Positions 25,031 to 38,128 of a stretch of DNA of 64,000 nt are shown piece after piece. Location: positions 8,246,001 through 8,310,000 of the forward strand of contig CP110439.1 in NCBI GenBank assembly GCA_026914245.1, in the 5' to 3' direction. A program made the translations under genes and the position numbers. The DNA is from Puccinia triticina. Its lineage: Eukaryota. Within the stretch, counting starts at the first letter, position 1; every line of letters starts with the position of its first letter. Below the pieces are notes generated by a model. That model worked only from the letters and a program-made list of their open reading frames with translations. It was not told where the DNA came from and did not search any database.

Positions 25031-27019
25031 TGGTGCATCAAGCCTGTTTGGGCACTTGCCCAAGTTCCGCGTGTAAATCGACAAGTTTGCGTGCCCAGGC
25101 CAAAGCCCGCTGGGCCGAGTCCCAAGCGCGCGTGGCCTAGACACAAGTTCTGCTTGCACATAGCCAAGTTTGGGGAGTTAGGGGACAAGTCCCGCTGGGC
25201 CGGTGCCCAAGAATATGTGCCACGCACACCGAGTGATGGCCCCAATAGCTCAAAGGGGTGCATCACTCCGGTAAATAACTCACAAACAACTAACAAGAAG
25301 GAGGGGGGGTAGGATATTATATTTCTGACTGTTTCTACATTCATGACATGATTTTTTTTCTGTTTTTTGTGGTTTTCAGTTTTTTTTGTTGTTGTTGTGA
25401 GAGAAAAAAGAAAAAAATTACTTGTGAGGCGGGGGCGATAATATAGCCCCAGTAATTTGTTGATATTCTAAACAAGGGCAATAGAGTCGCCAACAATGAT
25501 TGAAGAAATTGAGTGATTTTTCCGGGGTGATTGTTGTTTCAATCCCTTGGTTGATTTCTTCAACCATTGCCTGTCAATTGGGCGGCTCCTTTGATTGAAC
25601 CCACGACTTTATTGAATGGAACAAGTATTCAATTGGATTCAAAAATGGCGAGTAGGGGGGGAGGAACTCAATTTCAATGTCCTTTGACTCCTTGATTGAG
25701 GTTTAGACCTCTTGAAACCAATCACCCCCGTGGATTGAGGCGTTGTCCATGATGACAACACTGCCTTTTGGCAGCCTGGAAGCAAGACTGCCAAGGAAGA
25801 GGCAGAAGTCATCTGCCCCAACCCCTTTGGCCATCCTACCATTGGCGTTGCAGAGCTCGTGATACTCGAAACCTGTCTCTGAGAGCGCCCCTATCAAAGT
25901 GACCTGCTTGACATTGGGAACAAGGCTCAAGACAGCAGGTTGACCTTAAGCCAACCAAAATAAACATAACTACATTATTTTCAATTCAAGAAAACAGAGA
26001 AAGAAAATAAAGACACACCAGATGGGGCGTAGCCATGTGATCGGCCTGAGTGAAGGTCAAAGCCAGCTTCATCAACAAAAACCTGCTTACGTCCAAGATC
26101 AAGACCACGCCGGTTGACGAAGTTGGCTCACTGCTTGAGAAGCTTGGGCTTATTCCATGCAGCTGGGATTTTAGTGACCTGCTTCCATGATATATCCATA
26201 TCATGGATCAGGTCACTAACAGCCTGGGTGCTGACCTTGACGTCAAAAGTGTCCTTGAGGTATTGGACAAGCTCAGGGAGTGTGACAGTAGATTGTTCCT
26301 CAAGTTGAATGAGGAGGTTGGTCTTCATGTTGTCTGTGAACTTGGAGGGTTGCTTTTTGAAGGTTTTGACGTTGTTCGGATCTCCCTGACGATCCGCTGG
26401 ACAGCTCGGCACGAAACTTTGAAGGCTCTTGTAGCCTGAGCAATTTTCATTTGTCCGCTTGAAACGTTTTCGCAAATGAGTTGACGAACCTCGGGCTTGA
26501 TGATGCCGTTTGGCTTGCGGGAGGTGTGTTGAAGTCAATCATTTTGGTAGGTCAGATTCTTTTCAAGGTTTTCTTTTCCTTTTTTTGACTGCTGTGTGCT
26601 GATGGAGCTCCTGGAGCCGCTTCATGAGTGAGTCCTCCTCCTGTTTGTTTGCTTGGATCCGCAGATCCTCCACCGACATGACAGGATCCATCGTTGGTTC
26701 CTGGTCGAAAAATCAAACAGAAATGACAGTAAAAAGGGAAAAACAAAGTGTTAAAATTCCAGAAAAGGTAGTCAAAACCATCCAGGAGGATAAAAAACCG
26801 TACATACCGACATAGGTGCGTTGTGTTGTGGTGTTGTGTACCGAATGGGTGATGGGTGGCTTGAGGAGCTTGAAACCAAATCGGCCAAGCGGTTGTGTAG
26901 GCTCACCCGGGGCTTGGCTCTGTGCCAAGATTTGGGCCCCGCGGAACCCGCCCAATCCAGCCCGCTGTGCACACTCCCAAGCTCGCGTGGCCAAGTGCCC
27001 AGACGGGATTGATACACCA
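25031..27019 (-). mobile_element. Tc1/IS630-like DNA transposon with degenerate spliced transposase
   Basis: TA TSD; TIR TGGTG.ATCAA....GT.TGGGCACTTG; motifs FVDEAGF, IMDNASIH, YSP...IE; stops and frameshifts. Confidence 0.88.
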
Positions 27020-27706
27020 TAAGGTGTTCAAGGAGTTTTCCTGCAGAATCAATTAAATCATTGTTTGGCAGGCAGTAAAACACATGCATATATTGCTGTG
27101 CAACTGATATCCCCTCCTGCAGAATCCATTACCTCATTTTTGGCAGGCAGTGCAACACATGCATATCTTGATGTGCGACTGATATCCCCTGCAGAAAATA
27201 TCCCTCACAAGGAGTTCCCCTGGAGCTAAATTCACTCACCCTTCAATATAGAAGGAGGCCTCTTTCCCCCCCTCATCAGATCTGTTCCCCATCAGCTTAG
27301 GAAGGTTTGGTCACAGTTGTTAGTTTAGTTACAGTGGTAGTTTAGTGGTAGTTTAGTGGTAGTTTAGTGGTATTGGTAGTGTCAAGTTTGAATTAGTAGT
27401 AGTAGTAGTAGTAGTAGTCAGGAGCTCTAATAGTAATCAAAGTGCCTTATCAAGAGATTGTTAAGGAAGAGATTATTACCAACTTCATCAACAACAATTA
27501 TAACAACTAGTAGTAGTAGCGTAGTAGCAACCAGGAGCTCTAGTATTGATTAAAGTGCCTTATCAAGAGATTTTCTAAGGAAGAGATCATTACCAACCTT
27601 CTCATCAACAACCCATCATCAACAATAATTGTATCTTACATAATTAATCCCACTGGATTATATTATCCCCCATCATCAGAAGTTGTAACAGATCTGCAAG
27701 AATAGT

Positions 27707-28985
27707 CACCAGGGAAAAGAAGTAGTCACTTGATGGCAAGTGACATGACACAGCTTTGTTTTCAGCTCCAACACTGCTCCAATGCTGCTCCTCTCCACCA
27801 GCACATCCGGGGCTCACATGATAGGTGTCAGGATCAAAGCACTCAATGTGAAAAAACCAGATGATGCTCAGCTTTGGCCCTGGCCCAGCTGATGCTCAGC
27901 TTTGGCCCTGGCCCAGCTGATGCTCAGCTTTGGCCCTGGCCCAGCTGATGCTCAGCTTTGGCCCTGGCCCAGCTGATGCTCAGCTTTGGCCCTGGCCCAG
28001 CTGATGCTCAGCTTTGGCCCTGGCCCAGCTGATGCTCAGCTTTGGCCCTGGCCCAGCTGATGCTCAGCTTTGGCCCTGGCCCAGCTGATGCTCAGCTTTG
28101 GCCCTGGCCCAGCTGATGCTCAGCTTTGGCCCTGGCCCAGCTGATGCTCAGCTTTGGCCCTGGCCCAGCTGATGCTCAGCTTTGGCCCTGGCCCAGCTGA
28201 TGCTCAGCTTTGGCCCTGGCCCAGCTGATGCTCAGCTTTGGCCCTGGCCCAGCTGATGCTCAGCTTTGGCCCTGGCCCAGCTGATGCTCAGCTTTGGCCC
28301 TGGCCCAGCTGATGCTCAGCTTCTGCCCTGGCCCAGCTGATGCTCAGCTTTTACCCTGGCTCAGCTGATGCTCAGTTTTTCCCCTGGCCCAGCTGATGCT
28401 CAGCTTTGGAACTGGCCACCTGATGAGCATCTTTGACCCTGGCACAGTTGATGCTCAGCCTTGACTGTGGCTCAGCTGATGCTCATCTTTGGCCCTAGCC
28501 TAGCTGATTTTCAGCTCTTATCCTGTCCAAGCTGATTCCTATCTTTTTCCCTGGCCTGGCTCAGCTGATACTCAGCAAGCTGAGCATCAGCTGGGACAGG
28601 ACTAGGAGAAGGCTGAGCAAGGACTGGTACAAAGCTGAGCATCAGCTGTGCCAGAACTAGTAAAAAGCTGAGCATCACCTGGGAAAGGACTGATCAAAAG
28701 GCTTTATCCCAATTCTGAGAGTGAGCTGCGTGAAAAAGCTGAGTATGAGCTGGGCAGAAAAGCTGAGTATGAGCTGGGTACCAAAGCTGAGTATCAGCTG
28801 GACAGAACTGAGGATCAGTTGGGCTCATCAAAAACTGAACAGGACCTCCTTGGTAAATTCTGGAAGTTGAGGAGATGGTTGGAGATTGGGGTAGATAGTG
28901 GATAGATATTGGATAGATGGTGGTTAGCTGGCTTGAGCTGGTGTAATGTCACTTGTCATCAACTGACTATTATATTTTCCTGGTG
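27707..28985. mobile_element. Non-autonomous CACTA-like element containing a 28-bp minisatellite
   Basis: CACCAGG...CCTGGTG; 3-bp TSD AGT; empty site in LTR copy 1 near 18560; inverted second copy 43907-45157. Confidence 0.88.
27861..28800. repeat. Tandem array of CTGATGCTCAGCTTTGGCCCTGGCCCAG, ~16 perfect units, then degenerate and inverted units
   Basis: Direct reading; no spacers; orientation flips near 28575. Confidence 0.95.
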
Positions 28986-29235
28986 AGTGATTTGAGATAT
29001 CTAGGTCTGATAGAGATTACTATACAAAAGTAATATCTATCATGGAATCAGCCAAATATTTATAAATATTGATTACAAGACTCTTAGTTATTTGCATAGT
29101 ACCATTAGAGGGGCAGGTCTTTCAAACCACCTGTAAGTTGTAATGGCCTTTCAACCTATTAGCAATTCATTTCCCCCTCAGAGGATATTTTAACCAAACA
29201 AAACACTTAGTGTCCCACAAGAGTCCCTACACCGG

Positions 29236-29325
29236 TGTAAGACTCAAAAGTGTTCCTGAGAACCTTTTGCTGAATGGAGAAGGGGATGATGGAGGTGCAA
29301 ACTCTGCCCTTCTATACTATCAGAT

Positions 29326-29357
<32 letters not shown>

Positions 29358-30151
29358 TTAATGAAGTGATAGGGTTGGTTGGTTCAAGATGAGCTTGTTG
29401 ATGACACTGAATAAATTGTTGTTATTGTTAATGTAAGGGTTGTTATGTATGTAGGCTGTTAAGTATATGTAAGACTGTAAATGTCAAAGTTGGGGTGACT
29501 GTGATTGGTGAGTGATGAACTGAGGAGCTGACAACTGGGGAGGAGAGAGCTCCTTATATAGACAAAAGTGGATCCCCAGAGGGCTTGCGGGTTAGGGTTT
29601 CAACTAATCTAGACAACAGTGTGAGGGATTTTAGCTGGTGAGAATAGATACAAATGATGTCATACTGTGTCAGGGGTACATAAATGATGTCATAAGAATG
29701 CAGTAGGGCCGCATGAAGGCTGCGTAAAGTGACAGTAGACTGCATGAGTTGACAAGTGGATGCAGGGGGTGCATAAATGAAGTCTGAGGCTGCAGAGTCA
29801 GTGTGTGATGACATCATAATATGGAAATAGAAGAGTACTTGATAATATGTAATGACTGTAGTCTGATGGGGAGATGTATGTTTGTATCCTGTGATTTGTA
29901 TAAGCATAATGCTGTGATCCTTGACTTGAGGCTTGTGACAGGCTGGTGACTGTGTATGTTGAACGTGTGATGGGTGTCCAGTGTCCAAAGAAGTGTAGGT
30001 TTCAATCCAGAGGAGCTCCAGTGGTGACTAGGGGTAAAATTGGCCGTAGAATCCATTTCTGAGGTCTGTTTGATGGTATCTTGAGGCGTATTGTGAGTAA
30101 GTATAGGTATAAGAAAAAAACTTTTGATTTTTCACTTTTCCGTCTACCACA
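29236..30151. mobile_element. Solo LTR family B
   Basis: TGTAAG...ACCACA; flanked by CCGG (29232-35, 30152-55); host repeat resumes after it (compare 32405-32430). Confidence 0.82.
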
Positions 30152-30179
30152 CCGGGCTGTGTGATTATTGATTAGAGAT

Positions 30180-30410
30180 TAGAGATGGCCATTTTGCACC
30201 CGCTGGCGGGTACCCGCCACCCTTCACAAGGCAACTGTGTGCCCCTGCAGGTACCCATGGTGGTTTTGGATGTTCAATCCTAGTAAAAATTCAAGGAATT
30301 TGCTCCACAACAGCCCTGGGTACCTGCCAGGGCACACAGTTGCATCCTGAAAGGTGGCGGGTACCCGCCAGCGGGTGCAAAATGGCCACGGGTACCTGCT
30401 CGGCGGGTGC
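30180..30410. repeat. hAT-related inverted-repeat fragment
   Basis: TAGAGATGG start; 30186-30260 is inverted at 30316-30388. Confidence 0.6.
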
Positions 30411-30447
30411 AGGTGTTGTGTTTTGCCTTATGGACTGTTGATTCAGG

Positions 30448-31748
30448 CAGAGGTGCATACAAAAAAGGGTAGTTACGTTATGTTGCATTATCAGCGCAAT
30501 TTTGGTAACTTAACTACCCCCTTAACAATGTAATGTAACGCAATAACGGACCATTTAAGGCTTTTTTGCCTCATTTTTTGCCTGCTCTCAGGGGCTCCGT
30601 GCGCCCGGTGTGGTAAGTCAATCCTGATCTACCCAGAAAACCAGCAACCATCAATCACAAGGCTGTCACACCTCAAGACTAAATCCCATACCTCTGGCCA
30701 CCTTGTCAGCAAAGCTCAAGGCCCTCAACATCCCCACTCAATGGTCATACCCTGGATAATAGTATTTCCTCTTCCCACACTCCCCCTCTCTTGGATAAAC
30801 CCTCTCCCTAGTCTCAAACATCTATCCAGATCACATGTTACCCCCTTCTTCCAGTGTTTCCTTAGATCCATGTGCTCAAAGATGTATAAGCACCCTTGAA
30901 ACCCTTTACCCTCCAAACCCAGCATGATGCACATTATACTAGACATAGCCCTAAACCTCACCTAGATTATTACTTCCTGAAACACCTGACTCCTCCTATC
31001 TTATATCCCTAGATTACTTCTTCATGAAACACTTCCTGAAACTCCTAACTCCTCCTATCTTAGAGCATAGAATATTCTACCCCTGTTATGTCTCACATAA
31101 CCCCTCCTCCAACTAGGAAGATTGCACCATAGCCCCCAGAAGATGGCATCATCCCCACCCACTATTACACCATCATGTGACTCCTTGACCCACTACTCTG
31201 ACCACATGGCTGTTTCATCCTATAGAAGTAGAATGTTCTATGCTTCCCTTCAGGTTATCCTTGTTTCCTTGTGGCTCCTCTTTCTTGTGTATATAAACTG
31301 GGTTGTTTTCCTCTTCATTTTTTCCCCATCAGATCCTGTCAAAGTAATTCAGATCACTGGTCACCTATCATTAGCCTTGCTTATGCCAATAAATCAGATT
31401 GGACAAGCTTGTTATCTGTGTACAAAATATTAGATTAGTTGAAGAGTAACCCTCAAGACATACCTCAAGAATCCTCTATAGCCACACCTTTCCATAATAG
31501 TCCACACTCTTATATCTTTTTCTTGTTCCAAGAGAGGCAGCCCATTAAAGCACCATTCCCTCTCCAGCTCTATTCATCCCAAAAGTAGTTCCACACCGGA
31601 TAACGCAATGAGCATAAAAAAAGCGGCTTAATGTGGTGCAATAACGTAGTTGCACCAGCGTTACGCGTAGATAACGACAAAAATTCTGTTACATTACTGT
31701 TATCTACGTGTTACACGTAGTGTAACTACCCTTTGTTGGTGCATCCTA
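30448..31748. mobile_element. MITE-like element with GGGTAGTTAC-containing TIRs, host of solo LTR C
   Basis: AAAGGGTAGTTAC vs GTAACTACCCTTT; no clear TSD. Confidence 0.55.
30609..31595 (+). mobile_element. Solo LTR family C, related to the Gypsy LTR at 8221-9154
   Basis: TGTGG...AGCTCTATTC..CCC....GTAGTTCCACA; TSD CCGG (30605-08, 31596-99); essentially CpG-free. Confidence 0.88.
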
Positions 31749-32444
31749 TGCTGCCAATATAGGCCCAAGCTGCAGTGGTTTTAAACATACCAATTTGGTC
31801 TGAAAAATATTTGAAGAACAATTTGAAATGGTTTTGGAAACTGTTTGGGTGCTCCTTAGTTTTTGGCAACAGAATTGGTCTGCAAACCAAATTCAGATGG
31901 GTTTGGTTCCAAAAACTACTCACAACCACCTCAAAAGGTAATTTTGGGGTCCCTCCCTGTCTGCCCTTGCAAGGTAGCCATGGCAGCATCTGGCCAGATC
32001 CTCAGCTACACTCCCACTTTTCTATACTAGTTTTAGCAATGTTTTGGACCTTGAACATGTATGGTATTCAAAATTGCATAAGATTTTTCTACATAAAATC
32101 ATAAACTGCAATTTTGGCTGGGAGATGTCACTTTAAGTTTTATGCACTGACATCTCCCAGCCAAAATTGGTTTTATGATTGACATATGCAATTTTGAATA
32201 CCATAATGGAAAAAGAAAGGGTCTAGGGCAGGTGCTGAGGTAGCCAAGTGTCTTACACTTCAAAGTAGAAGACTGAGCCAGGGTCTAGTTCCCAAGTATC
32301 CAATAACAACACAAATTTGGGTTCCCGGCCAGACCCCCACTTGTGAGAATAAAGGCTGGTATGTTGGTTGAAATGTCCGCTAACCACCCTCTTCAAGAAT
32401 ATATGTGTCTGGGCTGAGTGATTATTGGTGTCTTGGCTCCACAC

Positions 32445-32575
32445 TAGAGAATGTAAAAAGGTACCCGTTGCTAGGTACCCGGCACCGCCCGCACCCGCCA
32501 GGCGGTGCTGGGCGCCTGTTTTTTTGGGAAAAGCGGTGCGGTACCCGGGTACCGCCCCCAAGTACCTCCCATCCC

Positions 32576-32610
<35 letters not shown>

Positions 32611-35600
32611 CGGTAGCTCAGGCCACCAGTCCTGCTTTGGATATGGATATGTAGACCTTGTATCATCCTGGAACGTTTACCCATCGACCCACCAATATGC
32701 CTCGCACCCGCCATTGAACCAGCTCAACGCAGGACAATCCACCTGATGAAGAAAACCTCCCCAACAGTTCTCAGCCCGCATCGGGAGGCCTTCCGGCTCA
32801 TCAACTGACCGACAAGGAGAGCTGAGTAAATCTTTTTCTCAATGATCCTGAAAACCACAAAAACGTTCTAATTCTTGATTCCTTGCATGTAGAAAGAGCT
32901 CAGAAAATTGCCGCCAATGCCGTCAGTTCGAGCTATCAAGCCTATCACCCACCCAAACTTTCCAACCAAAGGGACAAGGTTGGCAGGCGGATGATTGCGT
33001 ATACTTGCAAAATGTAAGCCATATTTATCATTGATGCAGTACATATCCAAGCTGATGGCCCAAAACCCGATTCAGCTGTGGCTCCAAAATCAATTGTCCA
33101 ACCTCTGATTCCTCGTGTAGCAACCTGAATAAACATGCATCAATCTGTCAACAAAAACATCAAGAAAGCAATGAAAATCAACGGTTGGTCGATCTTGGAT
33201 TTTTGGCAAGCGGTCTCATCAATCCAAAGGAGGTAAGGCCTTTTTTTTATTCAAACTCATCAATGTGATTGTTTCAATCTGATACAATAGGTTTTGAATG
33301 TTCTAGGTGCCCCAACTATGTGCCATATGGTGCGCTGAAGCGGCCAGGCCATTTTTGGCACTGACCGAAGCAAGCCATAAATCAATCCTTCATCCAACCG
33401 TCATCAAGAACCTGCCGAATGCACACGATGTCTCGAGGGACATTCATATGCTCTACTCGGCTGTTCAAAACAACTACCGATTGGTTTTGAAGGTGATTAA
33501 ATTGCATTTCTCTGACTCATCTGTTTCTCATAATGTGCTGACTGCAATGCCTTGGATTTTGGTAGGCACACAATGGTGCATTGTATTTAGGAGTTGACGC
33601 GTGGCAATCTCCAAACAGTTTCGATATTTTGGGTACCGTTGTCTACAGATTAGTGGAAGATGGGGCTAAGCTAGAGGCAATGCCTTTAGACTTTGTCCAC
33701 TTGTCTCAAAGCCACACTGGCGAGTACCTGGCAAACACTGTCCGATTGGTTGTTGAGAAGTTTGGAATTCAAGAAAAGGTTGGACAGATTATGATAGAGT
33801 TTCTTACTTGAAATGATGCTAATCTTTTTCATTTAGATATGTATTGTTGTGAGCGATAATGCTAAAAATAATGAGGTAATGGTTAACGAACTCAAGAAGC
33901 TCAAGTGGTCTCGCTTCAAAGGGGATGCACAATGGATCCGGTTTTTTGCTCACATTTTAAACTTAATCGTCCAAGCAATCCTCCGCCCGTTTGGAACTCA
34001 AAAGAAGAAGAAAGGTGCAACCAATGGTCCGGGTTCAATTTCCGATCCATCTGAATCTGATGATGATGAGGGAACTGAGGGTCAAATTTTCACGTAAGTA
34101 ACACTTCATTTCCTTGCTTGGAATTGATTTTGATTGTTTTTTTTTCTCTCTTCTATGCTAGGCTCCCGCGTGGGTAGAATGTGTCCTTGCCAGAATACTA
34201 CTCAAGCAATGCCAACTCGCATTCTATTTCAGATGACGATGAGGCTGAATCCCTCAGTGAGGCTGATATTGAACAGGCTAGCAATGAAGCTGAAGACAAT
34301 CGCTACACAACTGAAACCTGCAAACAGACCTTGGCAAAATTCTGAATGATCGCAAAGAAGTTGTGATTCTCGCCAAATTCCAAATCCGAGTTTATTGAGA
34401 TCTGTCAGGAAAAAGGTTGCGCTACTCCTCACAACATTGAAAGGGATGTGCAAACTCAGTGGAATTTGACCAGTGCACAACTCAACAGTATCATTAGGTG
34501 CGAAGAGCCCGTTCGTGAGTGGCAGCGTCATAAACGCCATGGTGTCAACCGCGCGTATCACTTGGACAATGGTGACTTCAACTTGGCTCGGGATTTGGTT
34601 GAAGTCCTTAACGTTTTCTACAAGATAAACCTTCAACTTTTGGTTTCAGGATTGGCTTGCTTGTCAAACATAGTCCTATACATAGATCAAATCACTGAAC
34701 ATCTTTCAACGGTTATCAGCAATAAGAAATATCCACCGGCACTGAGGAACGCCTGCCAATCTGGGTTGAAAATCACAAACAAATATTATAGCTTGACTGA
34801 TACATTGCCCCTTTACCGTATCACAATTTATATGTATGTTTCTCTTCTCAATGGTCAGTTTCTTACTTACTGACACCAAAGTTTTTCAGTGCTGCACCCG
34901 TCCTTTAGAGACGAGTACTTCAAGCTGGCCAACTGGGAGCCTGAGTGGATCACTGAAGCTATTCGTCTAGCTCGCGACATGTGGACATCTTTTTACAAGC
35001 CCAAACCGATTCCTCCTTCCTCTTTGGCAACATCACAAAGGTCGACGCTGAGTGCCAAGGTAAGATGTATTTTTCTGATCTTTGATGATTAGCTTTGCAT
35101 AAAACTGATTTGGTCAAATTTTCACAGCCCAAAACCGGTCTTCTTGCCGGACTGGGAGATGCCGCTGCTGCCCAAGGGGGAGAATCCTCATCCGATCCAC
35201 TTGACATTTGGTTATATGGCGGTCTTATACTCAACGGCGCGGACCCGGTCAATCCTCTGCAGTGGTGGATACAGCAGAAAGCTTCCGGGAACACCCACGG
35301 TGGCCTAGTACATATGGCACTTGATGTCTTGAGCTGCCCAGGTGAGTTGACCGCCTTTCTTATCATAATTTTCACCTCATCTGAAATTTCTTCTGTATGC
35401 TTTAGCAACGTCAGTGGACATTGAGAGAGCGTTTAGCTTTGGACGTGATTATGTTTCATCAAAGAGGCACAGACTTACGCCTCAATCATTGACGCGTGGG
35501 ATGACCGTGGCTTTCTATTCAAAGAACAATCTGATCAAGGAAGGTCTGTTACAAAGTTGGAAACAAGGAATCAAAGACAACAACCAGACAAAGCAAAAGG

Positions 35601-35907
35601 GGAAAAGAAAGACTATAGTTTTGGATGATGATGAACCTTAGCCATTGTCTTGATCACGTAGTCATTTAATTAGTTATATTTGTTATAAATGTTTTTTTAT
35701 TTAATTTGAAGTTTTTTTTATTTAATTTGAAAGTCCTATGGGACTTGCGAGAGTGATTTGGCAAAAAAAAAAAGGTCGGTACCCGCCAAAAAGACCTGCG
35801 GTACCCACCTAGCGGTGGCAGGTGCGGTGCCGGGTGCCTATTTTTGGCAAAAATCAAGCGGGTACCGGCGGTGCAACCGGTACCCGGGTCCATTTCATCA
35901 TTCTCTA
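32445..35907 (+). mobile_element. hAT DNA transposon
   Basis: TIR TAGAGAATG; 8-bp TSD CTCCACAC; GGTACC subterminal repeats. Confidence 0.93.
32697..35641 (+). pseudogene. Multi-exon hAT transposase with premature stops
   Basis: GVDAWQSPN, SHTGEYLA, SDNAKNN, FAHILNL, LHP, dimerisation domain PLQWW...ALDVLSCP/ATSVDIERAFS; TGA stops near 34343 and 34364. Confidence 0.9.
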
Positions 35908-38128
35908 CTCCACACTGCTACTTTCCGCTAGCCTTCAGTGCTCCTGAATGAGCCTGATCTATAGCGTAATAATCTGCAAGGGAATAAAAATCCGCACTCT
36001 GCAAGCACAGAATCCACAAGTAATCTCCGTAAGCAAAAGATAAGGTACTTTGAAAACTCTTCTAATAATCTAGTACGTCTGTAAGTCTAAGTACAATACT
36101 CTGTAGTGAGATAGATGATGGAAAGAAGAAAGAAGAGAGACCAACCACTTCTGCCCCCTTCCTTCCCTCCACACACATCACTGTTCCCACCCGATCCCCG
36201 CAGATGCAACAATTTCCTGCACTCTTCCATCAATTACTTCTGCTTTCTTGTACGTCATTGTCCCAGACTCCGCTCCTCTCCAACGCTTTACCTCCCACAC
36301 CCTCTGTCTAGCCCCCGTCAGTCAGTCTCTCACCAACACCTTCACCCCAGTTCCACCTGCTGGTGGAACCCGCTTCGGCTGCCTTGGCTCACCTGCCAAC
36401 GTGCCGCTGCTACCAGTCCACGAGTGTAGTGCGCTGCAGTCCAGCCTTGTCTTTCTGCTCCGGTCCAAATATCCAATCCAAAATCCGCAATCCGTGCATT
36501 CAATTTCCATCCCCACGCAACTTTTTGTAAGCTTCCTTAGGGTGCTTTCTGAAATCATCCTCAGTGCTTATGTCACTGGAATGCACTCTGCGCTCAGCCG
36601 CTCTGTGCATGCCTGTGCTATCTCCAAGTGGACATTCTACCACGCCTGCCTATATAGATCACCACACCGGTCTGTACCGGCCATCAACAGCGCTGATTCC
36701 TCCTGATGGACGGTCTACCTTTCACCGGCCGGTAATCATTGACACAGGGGACCTTGTGTGCAGCGCGTTTTTGGGGGGTAGCCTGTGGCGCGCACGGAGG
36801 AGGGCTTGACATTGGGCAACATCTAAACTATGGGTGCACTCTGCTGTCTAGCCCACGTTGGTGCTTGCGTTGGTGCACACCCTGCTGACCCTGCACTAAG
36901 CCAATGTGGTGAAATTTGTCGGACGTGTTGGCATCGACCTTAACTAAGCCTCTCAAAAAAAGGGTGGGGGACCCCTCCCGGAGGGCTCTCCACAGAAGAG
37001 GCATACACCATGGGTTGCAGTCAATTGAGCGCCAACGTAATCAATTGCGTTGGCCCAACCCCCCATCCCCACCCAGAAATCTGGATGACCGACCTGATGT
37101 ATTGGGGTTTTGCGTTGGCATATCTTCCAACAGCAGGTCTACGCAGTGGAAGCTGTTGGCGTATCTTCCAACAGCGGGCCTACAGAAAGGCAGCCATTGG
37201 CTGATCTTCCGACAGCGCGTCTACAAAGTGGCAGCTGTCGGCGTATCTTCCAACAGCGGCCCCACAGAACAGTGGTTGTTGCCTGGTCATCAAGCTTGAC
37301 CATCAAAAAGCTTGATTATTGGGATTCAAACATCAACCACAACCCTTGGAGAGGCCATAATCCCACCACTAACCACTATGGATGGCACACCACATTGTAC
37401 CAGGCCTCCCTGTTTGTTGTATATAGAAAGCAAAACATGTGCCTTGCAGTATTCCTGTTGAGTTTGGAGGCTTTTTTTTTTGACATGTTCTTTTGTTTTA
37501 CTTTTTTTTTTGTAAAATTTGAGCTGTGTAGCCTCTTTTTTACAGCGAAAGAGGCGCATCCAGGTGACTTGGTAAATAAAAAAACAAGAAGCCCAATCAA
37601 TTGTTTAGCTAACCCAGAAGGCGAGTCAATCATGACTGAGGCTTGACGCAGGTCCAACCAGCTGGCGGCGTTGGCTTGCTGAATTAGACAAGCCTTTGTC
37701 CGCTGCTGAGTCCTGTTGGACTTGGATTTGACAGGCGATGAAGCCGACGGAGTCAATCCGGCATGCCCAACCCAATGACGCTGTTGGCCTGCTCAGCAGG
37801 GCCGAATGGGGTTGGCTGGGCAATACATGCCACTTAATTGACCCAGCTGTCATGCCGACACACTGTGTCAGCGGTGTTGGCTTGACATGCGGGTCGGATG
37901 AGTCAGACCAACGTAGTTCTGGCCCATCGCCGGCGTCAAACTGTCTCCGTCGTGAAAAGAAGGGCGGAGAGGTCATGCCAAACCTGTTCCTGACCCCGCA
38001 GCCAAGCCCACGCGCTGAGTCAAAAAAATTCAAGCAGTGGTGTATGGATAATGTCTGCAGGCTTGCAGGGAAAGGAAGGATATTCAGTCCCAAAATCACT
38101 AGAAAATTATTTAAAAATAAACCAAATA

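Larger units (their letters stand above)
24302..29231 (+). mobile_element. Solo LTR family A, copy 2, carrying nested Tc1-like and CACTA-like insertions
   Basis: Colinear with copy 1; TSD CCGG (24298-24301, 29232-29235); internal tandem duplication at ~24580-24725. Confidence 0.9.

Noticed and set aside
27861..28560. CRISPR-like 28-bp repeats
   Set aside because: Units are contiguous with no spacers, no cas genes, eukaryotic context
12248..29231. LTR A copies as two ends of one 17-kb retroelement
   Set aside because: Each copy has its own TSD and no gag/pol lies between them
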